Source: an uncultured Oscillospiraceae bacterium
GTDB lineage: Bacteria > Bacillota > Clostridia > Oscillospirales > Oscillospiraceae
Direction: 5' to 3'
NCBI GenBank assembly: GCA_950075865.1
Contig: CATMVA010000002.1
Span: 6,173 to 70,172, forward strand
Length of the DNA: 64,000 bases
Shown here: in pieces, positions 1-8,802 of the stretch
Layout of the letters: each line of letters opens with the position of its first letter
Numbering within the stretch: the first letter of the stretch is position 1
Notes under the pieces: generated by a model
The model's database searches: none
The model's input: the letters and a program-made list of their open reading frames with translations, nothing else
Told to the model about the DNA's origin: nothing
Translations under genes and position numbers: made by a program

Positions 1-396
1 GCCTCGGGGGTGGGGTCTTTCCTCTTTGATCTGACCGATCCCCGGTTTGTCAGCGACTGCTGGATCACTTTTCTCACCAAGGGGGCCATGGGCCTCTGCG
101 CGGGAATGATGGTAAAGGATGCCTTGAAGGAGGACCGGCTGACCTACGCCCGGGCTCTGGCCGGGGCGGCGGTGGGCTGTACGGCCTACTACATCCTCTA
201 TTTCGCCAAGACCTTCTTCTACAGCGGCATGCTGTTGAAAGGTCTGACCCCCGCAGCCGCCGGACTACTGCTGTTGGAGAAAATTCCCGCCTCGGTCTTC
301 AACGCCGGCGTGGCCCTCATCGCCGCGCCGCCCGTCACCCTGGCTGTCCTCCAGGCCCTCCGGCGGAGCCATCTGGACCGGCTGCTGCGGGAGTGA
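1..396 (+). CDS. ECF transporter S component (5'-truncated by window edge)
   Basis: Hydrophobic ORF open from base 1, with the motif GVGSFLFDL...WITFLTKGAMG typical of ECF S components. Confidence 0.75.
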   Translation, partial: ASGVGSFLFDLTDPRFVSDCWITFLTKGAMGLCAGMMVKDALKEDRLTYARALAGAAVGCTAYYILYFAKTFFYSGMLLKGLTPAAAGLLLLEKIPASVFNAGVALIAAPPVTLAVLQALRRSHLDRLLRE

Positions 397-418
397 GCGG
401 AGCAAAGCAGCGCAAAAC

Positions 419-463
419 GGAAGCCCGGCGTCCTTTGGACGCCGGGCTTCCTGCCTTTTATTT
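419..463. terminator. Likely bidirectional intrinsic terminator
   Basis: 15-bp perfect stem GGAAGCCCGGCGTCC/GGACGCCGGGCTTCC between convergent genes, flanked by A and T runs. Confidence 0.8.
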
Positions 464-616
464 CTCCGGATGGCACAGATCGTGGCCCGGACACTGGTCA
501 CAGCCGCAGGAGCATCCGCCCTTACCCTGCTTGCGGCGGCGGAACTCCCGGGCGACGATGGCGCCGAAGGTCCCGAAGACCACCAGACCCACCAGGATGG
601 TAGAAAGATTGGGCAT
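458..616 (-). CDS. FeoB-associated Cys-rich small membrane protein (52 aa; absent from the ORF track)
   Basis: Hand translation MPNLSTILVGLVVFGTFGAIVAREFRRRKQGKGGCSCGCDQCPGHDLCHPEK*; AAGGAGG RBS; directly downstream of feoB. Confidence 0.88.
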   Translation of the reverse strand: MPNLSTILVGLVVFGTFGAIVAREFRRRKQGKGGCSCGCDQCPGHDLCHPEK

Positions 617-628
617 AGCGATTCCTCC

Positions 629-3010
629 TTACCGGGCCACCCCGGCGGTCACCGAGCTGACGCTCGCCCGGTCATCGTCATATTTGTTCTTCCGTACCAG
701 CAGGTACACCATGCCGGCAAGGCACAGGACGGCGGCCACGGTGCCCAGACCGAAGGAGACCTCCCCAAGGACGAGCCCGCCAATCTGGTAGACCATGAGG
801 GACACCACGTAGGCCAGACCGCACATGTAGCCGATGGCGGCCCAGGTCCATTTGGCGCTGTTCATCTCCCTCTTGATGGCGCCCATAGCAGCAAAGCAGG
901 GAGCGCACAGCAGGTTGAAGATCATGAAGGAGTATGCGGTAAGCCCGGTGAAGGCCAGACCCACCTGGTAAGCGAAGTTGCTGCCCGGGAAGAGGACATG
1001 GAAGGTGGAGACCACATTCTCCTTTGCGATAAGGCCGGTGACGGTAGCCACGGTGGACTGCCAGTTGCCGAAGCCCAGGGGGGCGAAGACAAAGGCCACC
1101 GCGCCGCCGATGAAGGCCAGGATGGAGGCGTTGGAGTCCTCCACCATGCCGAAGACGCCGTTTTCAAAGCCGAAGCCCTGGAGGAACCAGAGGATGATGG
1201 AGGAACACAGGATCACGGTTCCCGCCCGCTTGATGAAGGACCAGCCGCGCTCCCAGGTAGCCCGGAGCACGTTACCCACGGCAGGCATGTGGTACTGGGG
1301 CAGCTCCATGACGAAGGGAGCCGGGTCGCCGGCGAAGGCGCGGGTCTTCTTCAGCATGATGCCCGAGACGATGATGGCGGCCACGCCGATGAAGTAGGCC
1401 GAGGTGGCCACCAGGGTCCTGTTTCCTCCGAAGAGGGCCCCGGCGAACATGGCGATGATGGGCATTTTGGCGCCGCAGGGGATGAAGCAGGTGGTCATGA
1501 TGGTCATCCGCCGGTCCCGCTCGTTCTCAATGGTTCGGGAAGCCATAACACCAGGGACACCGCAGCCGGTACCCACCAGCATGGGGATGAAACTCTTGCC
1601 CGAGAGACCGAACTTCCGGAAGATCCGGTCCATGATGAAGGCGATCCGGGCCATGTAGCCCACGTCCTCCAGGATAGAGAGGAGGAGGAACAGCACCAGC
1701 ATCTGGGGCACAAAGCCCAGCACGGCGCCCACGCCGGCGATGATGCCGTCCACGATCAGGCCGGAAAGCCAGTCGGCGCACTCGATGCTTTCCAGCCAGT
1801 TACCCACCATGACGGGGATACCGTCCTGCCAGTGGCCGTAGTCATTGGGATCGGGCTCCTCTATGGTCAGGGCCTCCTGATAGACCTCCTCGGTGAGGGG
1901 GATCACATCGGTAGTACCCTCGTCATCATCATAGAGGTAGGCTTCAGTCTCGCCAGCCTCCCAGGCCTCAATGATGACAGCGGCCTCCTCAAAGGCCCCG
2001 GCGTCGTCCTCGTAGCCGTCACCACCGGAGAGGAACCAGCCGTCCCCGAAGAGGCCGTCGTTGGCCCAGTCGGTAGCCCGGGTACCCAAGGCGAAGTCAG
2101 AGCTGCCCATGGAGATGGCGTAGACCAGAAACATGACCGCCACGAAGATGGGCAGGGCCAGGATCCGGTTGGTCACGATCCGGTCGATCCTGTCGGACAC
2201 GGAAAGGGCATGCTTGGCGGCCTTTTTCTTCACGCTGCGCTCCACCACACCACTGATATAGGCGTAGCGCTGGTTAGTAACGATGCTCTCGGCGTCATCG
2301 TCCAGTTCCTTCTCGCAGTCGGCGATGTGCTCCTCCAGATGGGCCTTCTCGTCGGCAGAAAGATTCAGCTCGGCTATCACCTTCTCGTCCCGCTCGAAGA
2401 CCTTGATGGCATACCAGCGGAGATACCGGGCATCCACCTTACCCTCGATGGACTCCTCAATGTGGGCAACGGCGTGCTCCACACTGCCGGTGAACACGTG
2501 GGGCAGTTCCCCGGCCTTCTTCTGCTGGGCCAGGCCGACGGCGGCCTGAGCCGCCTCCATGCCCCCCTCGTTTTTCAGGGCAGACATACTCATCACAGTA
2601 CAGCCCAGAGCGCGGCCCAGCTTGTCAAGGTCGATCTGGTCGCCGTTCTTGCGGACCAGGTCCATCATGTTCACCGCCACCACCACGGGAATACCAAGCT
2701 CGATGAGCTGGGTGGTAAGATACAGGTTCCGCTCGATGTTGGTACCGTCCACAATGTTGAGGATGGCGTCAGGCTTCTCGCCCACCAGGTAGGACCGGGC
2801 CACCACCTCCTCTAAGGTGTAAGGAGACAGGGAGTAGATGCCGGGCAGATCCTGGATGATCACATCCTTTTGGCCCTTCAGCTTGCCTTCCTTCTTCTCC
2901 ACCGTGACACCGGGCCAGTTGCCCACATACTGGCTAGAACCCGTCAGGGCATTGAACAATGTGGTTTTACCACAGTTGGGATTGCCCGCAAGGGCAATTT
3001 TGAGTTCCAT
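629..3010 (-). CDS. feoB: Ferrous iron transport protein B
   Basis: G-domain motifs GNPNCGKTT, VGNWPGVTVE and DLPGIYSL; gate/membrane domain with GCGVPG. Confidence 0.97.
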   Translation of the reverse strand: MELKIALAGNPNCGKTTLFNALTGSSQYVGNWPGVTVEKKEGKLKGQKDVIIQDLPGIYSLSPYTLEEVVARSYLVGEKPDAILNIVDGTNIERNLYLTTQLIELGIPVVVAVNMMDLVRKNGDQIDLDKLGRALGCTVMSMSALKNEGGMEAAQAAVGLAQQKKAGELPHVFTGSVEHAVAHIEESIEGKVDARYLRWYAIKVFERDEKVIAELNLSADEKAHLEEHIADCEKELDDDAESIVTNQRYAYISGVVERSVKKKAAKHALSVSDRIDRIVTNRILALPIFVAVMFLVYAISMGSSDFALGTRATDWANDGLFGDGWFLSGGDGYEDDAGAFEEAAVIIEAWEAGETEAYLYDDDEGTTDVIPLTEEVYQEALTIEEPDPNDYGHWQDGIPVMVGNWLESIECADWLSGLIVDGIIAGVGAVLGFVPQMLVLFLLLSILEDVGYMARIAFIMDRIFRKFGLSGKSFIPMLVGTGCGVPGVMASRTIENERDRRMTIMTTCFIPCGAKMPIIAMFAGALFGGNRTLVATSAYFIGVAAIIVSGIMLKKTRAFAGDPAPFVMELPQYHMPAVGNVLRATWERGWSFIKRAGTVILCSSIILWFLQGFGFENGVFGMVEDSNASILAFIGGAVAFVFAPLGFGNWQSTVATVTGLIAKENVVSTFHVLFPGSNFAYQVGLAFTGLTAYSFMIFNLLCAPCFAAMGAIKREMNSAKWTWAAIGYMCGLAYVVSLMVYQIGGLVLGEVSFGLGTVAAVLCLAGMVYLLVRKNKYDDDRASVSSVTAGVAR

Positions 3011-3058
3011 GCTATTCCTCTCCTTTCGATTAGCGCCCGCTAACTCGCGGGCAAAATT

Positions 3059-3280
3059 TTAGACCACTTCTATCATCTCTGCATCCTCTTTGCGGATGGA
3101 AAGCTCGTACCCACGGACATTCAGCTCCATGGGATCGCCCAGAGGGGCCACCTTGCGGACAAAGATCTCGGTGCCCTTGGTGATGCCCATGTCCATGATG
3201 CGGCGCTTGACGGCCCCCTCCCCGTGAAGTTTTGCCACGGTGACGGTCTCGCCCACTTTAGCGTCCTTCAACGTTTTCAT
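3059..3280 (-). CDS. feoA: Ferrous iron transport protein A
   Basis: RRIMDMGITKG...APLGDP motif; upstream of feoB. Confidence 0.95.
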   Translation of the reverse strand: MKTLKDAKVGETVTVAKLHGEGAVKRRIMDMGITKGTEIFVRKVAPLGDPMELNVRGYELSIRKEDAEMIEVV

Positions 3281-3310
3281 CTCAATTCCTCCTTTCAGCT
3301 TCGGTTAGAA

Positions 3311-3337
3311 CGGGCCGATGGGAACATCGGCCCCTAC
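3311..3337 (-). repeat. GTAG-type REP-like palindrome
   Basis: Minus strand GTAG-GGGCCGATG-TTCC-CATCGGCCC-G in the feoA-feoA spacer. Confidence 0.55.
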
Positions 3338-3341
3338 GCGC

Positions 3342-3551
3342 TCAAATCATGATCCGGTTTGCCATGCTCCGGTCCAAAGCCACCCGGCTGTCCTTCACCT
3401 GCAGGATCAGGTTGCCGGCCAGCTCGGAAACCACGGTGACGGCGCTGTCCACCACAAAACCCAGCTCGGCCAGGTGCTGGCGCACCTCGTCCTTGCCGGT
3501 GATCTTACGGATGATCACTGTCTCCCCCGGCTTTGCCATTGTCAGCGGCAT
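3342..3551 (-). CDS. feoA: FeoA family protein (second copy)
   Basis: MPLTMAKPGE...HLAELGF...SRVALD; start moved to ATG 3551 behind a GGGAGG RBS. Confidence 0.92.
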   Translation of the reverse strand: MPLTMAKPGETVIIRKITGKDEVRQHLAELGFVVDSAVTVVSELAGNLILQVKDSRVALDRSMANRIMI

Positions 3552-3572
3552 GCTGTTCCCTCCCATCTCCAC

Positions 3573-3625
3573 GGTTAGTTTTTTGCTAACCTCAGGAGTG
3601 TTTTTGCGGTTAGCTTTCACTAACC
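3573..3625. promoter_or_regulatory. Two DtxR/MntR-type operator palindromes
   Basis: GGTTAG-N7-CTAACC (3573-3591) and GGTTAG-N6-CTAACC (3608-3625), downstream of the feo promoter and next to a DtxR-family gene. Confidence 0.7.
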
Positions 3626-3640
3626 TCTTTTTCGTTCCGT

Positions 3641-3669
3641 AGTTTACCACTGCTAACCCACTTTGTCAA
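3641..3669 (-). promoter_or_regulatory. SigA-type promoter of the feo operon
   Basis: TTGACA-17-TAAACT on the minus strand; the spacer contains a GGTTAG half-site. Confidence 0.7.
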
Positions 3670-3696
3670 GCCCTTCCACAAAATTTTTTGCAGCCC

Positions 3697-3725
3697 TTGA
3701 AACCACTGCCTTATTCTGCTAAAAT
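3697..3725 (+). promoter_or_regulatory. SigA-type promoter of the metal regulator operon
   Basis: TTGAAA-17-TAAAAT with an extended TG. Confidence 0.6.
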
Positions 3726-3762
3726 TGGCTGGAATACAGTTGAGGAAAGGAAGTGCGGTACC

Positions 3763-4134
3763 GTGAAAATACAGGAGTCAGCCGAGGATTATCTGGAGGC
3801 GATTCTGATCCTGAAGCAGGAGAAGGGCACTGTGCGCTCCATTGACGTGGCCCGCCACCTGGGCTTTACCAAGCCCAGCGTTAGCCGGGCCATGAGCCTG
3901 CTGCGGGAAAACGGCTATGTCACCATGGACCCGGAGGGGCTCCTGGAACTCACCGAGGCCGGACAGGCCATCGCCGGACCCATCTACGAGCGCCACCGTA
4001 TGCTGACCCATTGGCTCATCGCCCTGGGGGTCTCCCCCGAGACGGCCGCCCGGGACGCCTGCCGCATGGAACACAGCATCAGCGACGAGACCTTTGCCAG
4101 AATGAAGGAACACATTGCGGATAAGCAACCATAA
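3763..4134 (+). CDS. DtxR/MntR-family metal-dependent transcriptional repressor
   Basis: ESAEDYLEAI...KPSVSRAM...YERH...DACRMEH motifs; GTG start after GAAAGGAAG. Confidence 0.92.
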   Translation: MKIQESAEDYLEAILILKQEKGTVRSIDVARHLGFTKPSVSRAMSLLRENGYVTMDPEGLLELTEAGQAIAGPIYERHRMLTHWLIALGVSPETAARDACRMEHSISDETFARMKEHIADKQP

Positions 4135-4148
4135 AAGGAGGCCAGATC

Positions 4149-4736
4149 ATGCTGCTGACAGATCTGTTTCTTACCTTTGCCAAAATGGGGGTCATGACCT
4201 TCGGCGGCGGCTACGCCATGCTCCCCATCCTCCAGCGGGAGGTGGTGGAGAAAAAAAAGTGGGCCACCGAGGAGGAGCTCTCCGACTACTTCGCCGTGGG
4301 CCAGTGTACCCCAGGCATCATCGCCGTGAATACCGCCACCTTCATTGGCTACAAAGAGGCCGGGATGCTGGGCGGTATTTTAGCTACCCTGGGGGTGGTA
4401 TTCCCCTCGGTGGTCATCATCACCCTCATCGCCGCCTTCCTCTCCAACTTTGCCGAGATCCCGGCGGTCCAGCACGCCCTGGGGGGCGTCAACGCCGCTG
4501 TGGTGGCTCTTATCGCCGCCAGCGTCATCAAGCTGGGGAAATCCACCCTGAAGAACACCCCCTCGGTGCTCATCTACCTCTGTGTGCTGGCTCTGGCCGC
4601 CGCCGGAAGTTTTCTGGCTCTCCCCGGTCTGGGCGGGCAGGTGCTGGATGTGGTCTCCTCCCCCGTGTTCCTGGTCCTGGGAGCCGGATGCGTGGGGTGG
4701 ATCGTGTTCCACAGGAAGGGCGGTGAAGGAGAATGA
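4149..4736 (+). CDS. Chromate transporter, short-chain ChrA half
   Basis: FGGGYAM and QCTPG motifs. Confidence 0.9.
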   Translation: MLLTDLFLTFAKMGVMTFGGGYAMLPILQREVVEKKKWATEEELSDYFAVGQCTPGIIAVNTATFIGYKEAGMLGGILATLGVVFPSVVIITLIAAFLSNFAEIPAVQHALGGVNAAVVALIAASVIKLGKSTLKNTPSVLIYLCVLALAAAGSFLALPGLGGQVLDVVSSPVFLVLGAGCVGWIVFHRKGGEGE

Positions 4737-5296
4737 CCCTGCTGCGCCTCTTCCTTGAATTTGCCAAGGTGGGCCTTTTCTCGGTGGGGGGCGGCCTGGC
4801 CACCATCCCCTTCCTCAAGGAGATGGGGGAAAACACCGGCTGGTTCACCAACACAGACCTGACCACCATGATCGCGGTGAGCGAGTCCACCCCCGGCCCC
4901 ATGGGGGTGAACATGGCCACCTACGTGGGCTTTGAGGTCCAGGGGATCCCGGGGGCTGTGACGGCCACACTGGGGCTCATCTTCCCCTCCGTCGTGGTCA
5001 TTCTCATCATCGCCGGGTTCCTCCAGAAGTTCCGCCAGTCGGCCACGGTGAACGCCGTCTTCCAGGGGCTCCGCCCCGCCTCCACCGCCCTCATCACCTC
5101 GGCGGGGCTGGGGGTGGCCGTATCGGTCTTTCTGGCTGTGGGCGGCGTGGCCGAACACACCTTCAACCTCCGCTGGCCCCAGCTGGCCCTGGCTGCCGCC
5201 ATTTTCCTTTGTATGCAGCATAAACAGCTTAAAAAGCTCCACCCCATCGTGTTTATCGGCCTGGCCGCCCTGGTGGGCATCCTCTTCCAATTTTAA
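4733..5296 (+). CDS. Chromate transporter, short-chain ChrA half
   Basis: VGGGLA and ESTPGP motifs; ATGA overlap with the first half. Confidence 0.9.
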   Translation: MTLLRLFLEFAKVGLFSVGGGLATIPFLKEMGENTGWFTNTDLTTMIAVSESTPGPMGVNMATYVGFEVQGIPGAVTATLGLIFPSVVVILIIAGFLQKFRQSATVNAVFQGLRPASTALITSAGLGVAVSVFLAVGGVAEHTFNLRWPQLALAAAIFLCMQHKQLKKLHPIVFIGLAALVGILFQF

Positions 5297-5322
5297 GCGT
5301 TAAGCGAAATTAGGTGTATCCC

Positions 5323-6429
5323 ATGAAGTTCAAAGAATTCCTCAGGCGGAAAAACATCGTCATCTCAGCACGGCGCTATGGCATCGACGCCATGGGGGCC
5401 ATGGCTCAGGGGCTCTTCGCCTCCCTGCTCATCGGCACCATCCTCAACACGGTAGGGAACCAGTTCCACATCGGCTTTTTGACCACCCAGCTCATCACCA
5501 TCAACGACATGGGCTACACTATCGGGGGGCTGTGCTCCTTCATGAGCGGCCCGGCCATGGCGGTGGCCATCGGCTACGCCCTCCAGGCGCCGCCCTTGGT
5601 CCTCTTCTCCCTGGTGACGGCAGGGTATGCCTGCAACGCCCTGGGCGGGGCAGGCGGCCCCCTGGCCGTCTTCTTCGTGGCTATTCTGGCCGCCGAGTGC
5701 GGCAAGGCGGTCTCCAAGGAGACCAAGATGGACATTCTTGTGACCCCCATCATCACCATTCTGGTGGGCTTTGGGGTTGCTTGGCTCATCGCGCCCCCCA
5801 TTGGCCGGGTGGCCTCGGCCTTCGGCATGATGATCGACCAGGCCACCAAACTCCAGCCTTTCTGGATGGGTATTCTGGTCTCGGTTCTGGTGGGCATCGC
5901 CCTGACCCTACCCATCTCCTCGGCGGCCATCTGCTCGGTGCTGGTTCTTACCGGTCTGGCCGGCGGAGCCGCGGTGGCGGGCTGTTGCGCCCAGATGGTG
6001 GGCTTCGCCGTCATGTCCTTCCGGGAGAACCGCTGGGGCGGACTGGTGAGCCAGGGGCTGGGCACCTCCATGCTCCAAATGGGCAACATCGTAAAGAACC
6101 CCCGGATCTGGATCCCCCCCATCCTCACCTCGGCCATCACCGGGCCTCTGGCCACCTGTCTTTTCAAGCTGGAGATGAACGGCGCGGCCATCAACTCAGG
6201 CATGGGCACCTGCGGCCTGTGCGGCCAGCTTGGGGTCTGGACCGGCTGGCTCTCCCCCAGCGCCGACGCCTTGGCCAAGGGTGCCGCAGCCATCACCCCG
6301 GGCGCCATGGACTGGGCGGGGCTCATCCTCATCTCCTTCCTCCTCCCCGCTCTGCTGACTTGGGTCTTCGGACTTTTCTTCCGCAGGATCGGGTGGATCA
6401 AAGAGGGGGATCTGAAGCTGAACGGTTAA
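5323..6429 (+). CDS. PTS EIIC-like membrane protein (EIIC_2 family)
   Basis: MAQGLFASLLIG, LPISSAAI, GLGTSMLQ and SGMGTCGL motifs. Confidence 0.82.
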   Translation: MKFKEFLRRKNIVISARRYGIDAMGAMAQGLFASLLIGTILNTVGNQFHIGFLTTQLITINDMGYTIGGLCSFMSGPAMAVAIGYALQAPPLVLFSLVTAGYACNALGGAGGPLAVFFVAILAAECGKAVSKETKMDILVTPIITILVGFGVAWLIAPPIGRVASAFGMMIDQATKLQPFWMGILVSVLVGIALTLPISSAAICSVLVLTGLAGGAAVAGCCAQMVGFAVMSFRENRWGGLVSQGLGTSMLQMGNIVKNPRIWIPPILTSAITGPLATCLFKLEMNGAAINSGMGTCGLCGQLGVWTGWLSPSADALAKGAAAITPGAMDWAGLILISFLLPALLTWVFGLFFRRIGWIKEGDLKLNG

Positions 6430-6445
6430 GTCCTCTCTTTCACAC

Positions 6446-6485
6446 AAAAGGGGCCTGTTTCTCCCAAGAGAAACAGGCCCTTTTT
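6446..6485. terminator. Bidirectional intrinsic terminator
   Basis: AAAAG-GGGCCTGTTTCTC-CCAA-GAGAAACAGGCCC-TTTTT between convergent genes. Confidence 0.85.
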
Positions 6486-6494
6486 GAACATTTT

Positions 6495-6965
6495 TCAGGG
6501 CTCATAACGGTAGTATCTGAAGTCCCCTTCCTCCCGGACAAAGCGGAAGCCGAGCTTCTCCAGCACATGCTGGCTGCGGCGGTTGCCTATGAGGGTATCG
6601 GCGTTGACGGCCGTCATGCCCAGCACATGGAGGGCGTAGCTCACCGCCAGCTCCTCCGCCCGGCAGCCGTAGCCCTTGCCTTTGACAGAATCGTTTTTCA
6701 GGCAGATGCCCATCTCGCACTCCCGCTTCTCATGGTCGATGGCCTTCAGCTTGACCTCGCCGATGGGCTCCCCCTTCCGCATCACCGCCAGGTTCAGCCG
6801 GTCGGGGCGCTGCTGCTTCTCAAAGTAGCGGTCCGCCCCCTCCTCGCTGTACTCGTAAGGGGTGCACTGGCTGGGGTCAGCAAAGAGGGCGGGATCATTC
6901 TCAAACCCTTGGAAAAAGGCGTGGCAAAGCTCTCTTGTCATGGGGCACAGGGAAATTTCGTCCAT
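6495..6965 (-). CDS. GNAT family N-acetyltransferase (RimJ/RimL-like)
   Basis: KGKGYG and N..SQHVLEKLGF motifs; true start MDEISL after AAGGAG. Confidence 0.85.
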   Translation of the reverse strand: MDEISLCPMTRELCHAFFQGFENDPALFADPSQCTPYEYSEEGADRYFEKQQRPDRLNLAVMRKGEPIGEVKLKAIDHEKRECEMGICLKNDSVKGKGYGCRAEELAVSYALHVLGMTAVNADTLIGNRRSQHVLEKLGFRFVREEGDFRYYRYEP

Positions 6966-6992
6966 GGTGTTCTCCTTTCTCTTCTGCGGACA

Positions 6993-7028
6993 AGAACAAA
7001 GCAGCCCCACCGCATGGGTGGGGCTGCG
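6993..7028 (-). terminator. Hairpin after rny, probable terminator
   Basis: GCAGCCCCACC/GGTGGGGCTGC stem followed by TTTGTTCTT on the minus strand. Confidence 0.65.
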
Positions 7029-7035
7029 TTCACTC

Positions 7036-8592
7036 TTATTTCGCGTAATCGACCGCTTTGGTCTCCCGGATGATGTTGACCTTGATCTGACCGGGATACT
7101 CCATCTCGTCCTCGATCTTCTTGGCCACGTCCCGGGCCAGAATGACCATCTGGTCCTCGCTGACCTTGTCGGGCTCCACCATAATGCGGATCTCCCGGCC
7201 GGCCTGAATGGCGAAGCACTTCTCCACGCCGGGGAAGGAGGCAGCGATTCCCTCCAGGGTCTCCAGCCGTTTGATGTAGTTCTCCAGGTTCTCCCGCCGG
7301 GCGCCGGGACGGGCAGCCGAAATGGCGTCGGCCGCCTGGACCAGGACGGCCACCAGAGTTTTGGGCTCCACGTCGTTGTGGTGGGCCTCGATGGCGTGGA
7401 TGACCTCCTCGCTCTCGTGGTACTTCCGGGCCAGCTCCACGCCGATGGCCACATGGGAGCTGCCCTCCACCTCGTGGTCAATGGCCTTGCCCAGGTCATG
7501 GAGCAGGCCAGCCCGCTTGGCGGTGGCCACGTCCACCCCCAGCTCGGAGGCCATAAGGCCAGCCAGGTGGGCCACCTCCAGGGAGTGGTTCAGGATGTTC
7601 TGACCGTAGCTGGTGCGGTACTTCATTCGGCCCAGCAGCTTGACCAGCTCGGGATGGATGCCGTGGACGTTGGCCTCAAATACGGCCCGCTCGCCCTCGG
7701 CCTTGATGGTGGCGTCCACCTCTCGTTTGGCCTTCTCCACCATCTCCTCAATGCGGGCAGGGTGGATGCGGCCGTCCTGGATCAACTTCTCCAGGGCGAT
7801 GCGGGCGATCTCCCGGCGGACCGGCTCGAAGCAGGAGACCGTGATGGCCTCCGGGGTGTCATCGATAATGAGGTCCACGCCGGTGAGGGTCTCCAGGGTG
7901 CGGATGTTCCGGCCTTCACGGCCGATGATGCGGCCCTTCATGTCGTCCGAGGGCAGGGGCACCACGCTCACCGTGGCCTCGGCCACATGGTCGGCGGCAC
8001 AGCGCTGGATGGCGAGGGAGATGATCTCCCGGGCCAGGTTGTCGGACTCCTCCTTGTAGTGGGCCTCGGCCTCCTTGATCTTGGCGGCCGACTCATGGGT
8101 GACCTCGGCCTCCAGCTGAGAAACCAGCATATCCTTGGCTTCCTCGGCGGTCATGCCCGAGATCCGCTCCAGCTCGGTCATCTGCCGGGCCTTGAGCTCC
8201 TCGGCCTCCTCCCGGGTCTTCTCCAGCTCGTTGAGCTTGTTCTGGAGGGTCTCCTCCTTCTTCTCCAGGTTCTCGGTCTTTTTGTCCAGGTTCTCTTCCT
8301 TCTGCTGCAGGCGGTTTTCCTGCTTCTGGATCTCGCCGCGGCGCTCCTTCTCCTCCTTCTCCCACTCGTTCCGGGCGGTAAGGATGGCCTCTTTGGCCTC
8401 CACCATTGCTTCCCGCTGCTTGTTCTCGGCGGTCTTGATGGCCTCGTTCTTGATGCGCAGAGCCTCGGCTTCGGCATTGGCCACGACGGCGGCGTCATGT
8501 TTGCGTCGGTTGTTCTCCAGCACCTTCATGACCACGGCGCCCGCTATCAGGCCGATGACCAGCATGATAGCGCTCATAGCATTGAATTCCAT
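7036..8592 (-). CDS. rny: Ribonuclease Y
   Basis: N-terminal TM, coiled coil, KH domain ([13 protein letters not shown]), HD domain (LLHDLGK), [12 protein letters not shown]. Confidence 0.97.
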   Translation of the reverse strand: MEFNAMSAIMLVIGLIAGAVVMKVLENNRRKHDAAVVANAEAEALRIKNEAIKTAENKQREAMVEAKEAILTARNEWEKEEKERRGEIQKQENRLQQKEENLDKKTENLEKKEETLQNKLNELEKTREEAEELKARQMTELERISGMTAEEAKDMLVSQLEAEVTHESAAKIKEAEAHYKEESDNLAREIISLAIQRCAADHVAEATVSVVPLPSDDMKGRIIGREGRNIRTLETLTGVDLIIDDTPEAITVSCFEPVRREIARIALEKLIQDGRIHPARIEEMVEKAKREVDATIKAEGERAVFEANVHGIHPELVKLLGRMKYRTSYGQNILNHSLEVAHLAGLMASELGVDVATAKRAGLLHDLGKAIDHEVEGSSHVAIGVELARKYHESEEVIHAIEAHHNDVEPKTLVAVLVQAADAISAARPGARRENLENYIKRLETLEGIAASFPGVEKCFAIQAGREIRIMVEPDKVSEDQMVILARDVAKKIEDEMEYPGQIKVNIIRETKAVDYAK

Positions 8593-8641
8593 GTCGTGCT
8601 TTTACACCTCCATATGAAATTTTGTGCCGGCTGGTCCGGCT

Positions 8642-8672
8642 AAAAAAAAGGAAAGCAAACAGGGGCTTTCCT
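8642..8672 (-). terminator. Terminator-like hairpin inside the rny 5' leader
   Basis: AGGAAAGC-8nt-GCTTTCC followed by T8 on the minus strand. Confidence 0.6.
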
Positions 8673-8689
8673 CGTATTGCACCGACTTT

Positions 8690-8718
8690 ATTTTAAGTCT
8701 AAACTGAATTTCTGTCAA
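8690..8718 (-). promoter_or_regulatory. SigA-type promoter of rny
   Basis: TTGACA-17-TAAAAT. Confidence 0.72.
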
Positions 8719-8772
8719 GGAATTTCCCTTCCAAACTGGGCAAAATGGAAAAATATATTTTCCCCGGCAGAG

Positions 8773-8802
8773 AAAAAGGACGGGCACAAAGCCCGTCCTT
8801 TC
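8773..8802 (-). terminator. Intrinsic terminator
   Basis: AAAGGACGGGC/GCCCGTCCTTTTT immediately after the stop at 8801. Confidence 0.8.

Noticed and set aside
470-2815. 781-aa plus-strand ORF, and similar ORFs over rny, mnmE and spoIID
   Set aside because: Antisense to well-identified genes.
6966-7499. N-terminal extension of the GNAT ORF
   Set aside because: It overlaps rny out of frame and crosses a terminator-like hairpin; an RBS supports the start at 6965.
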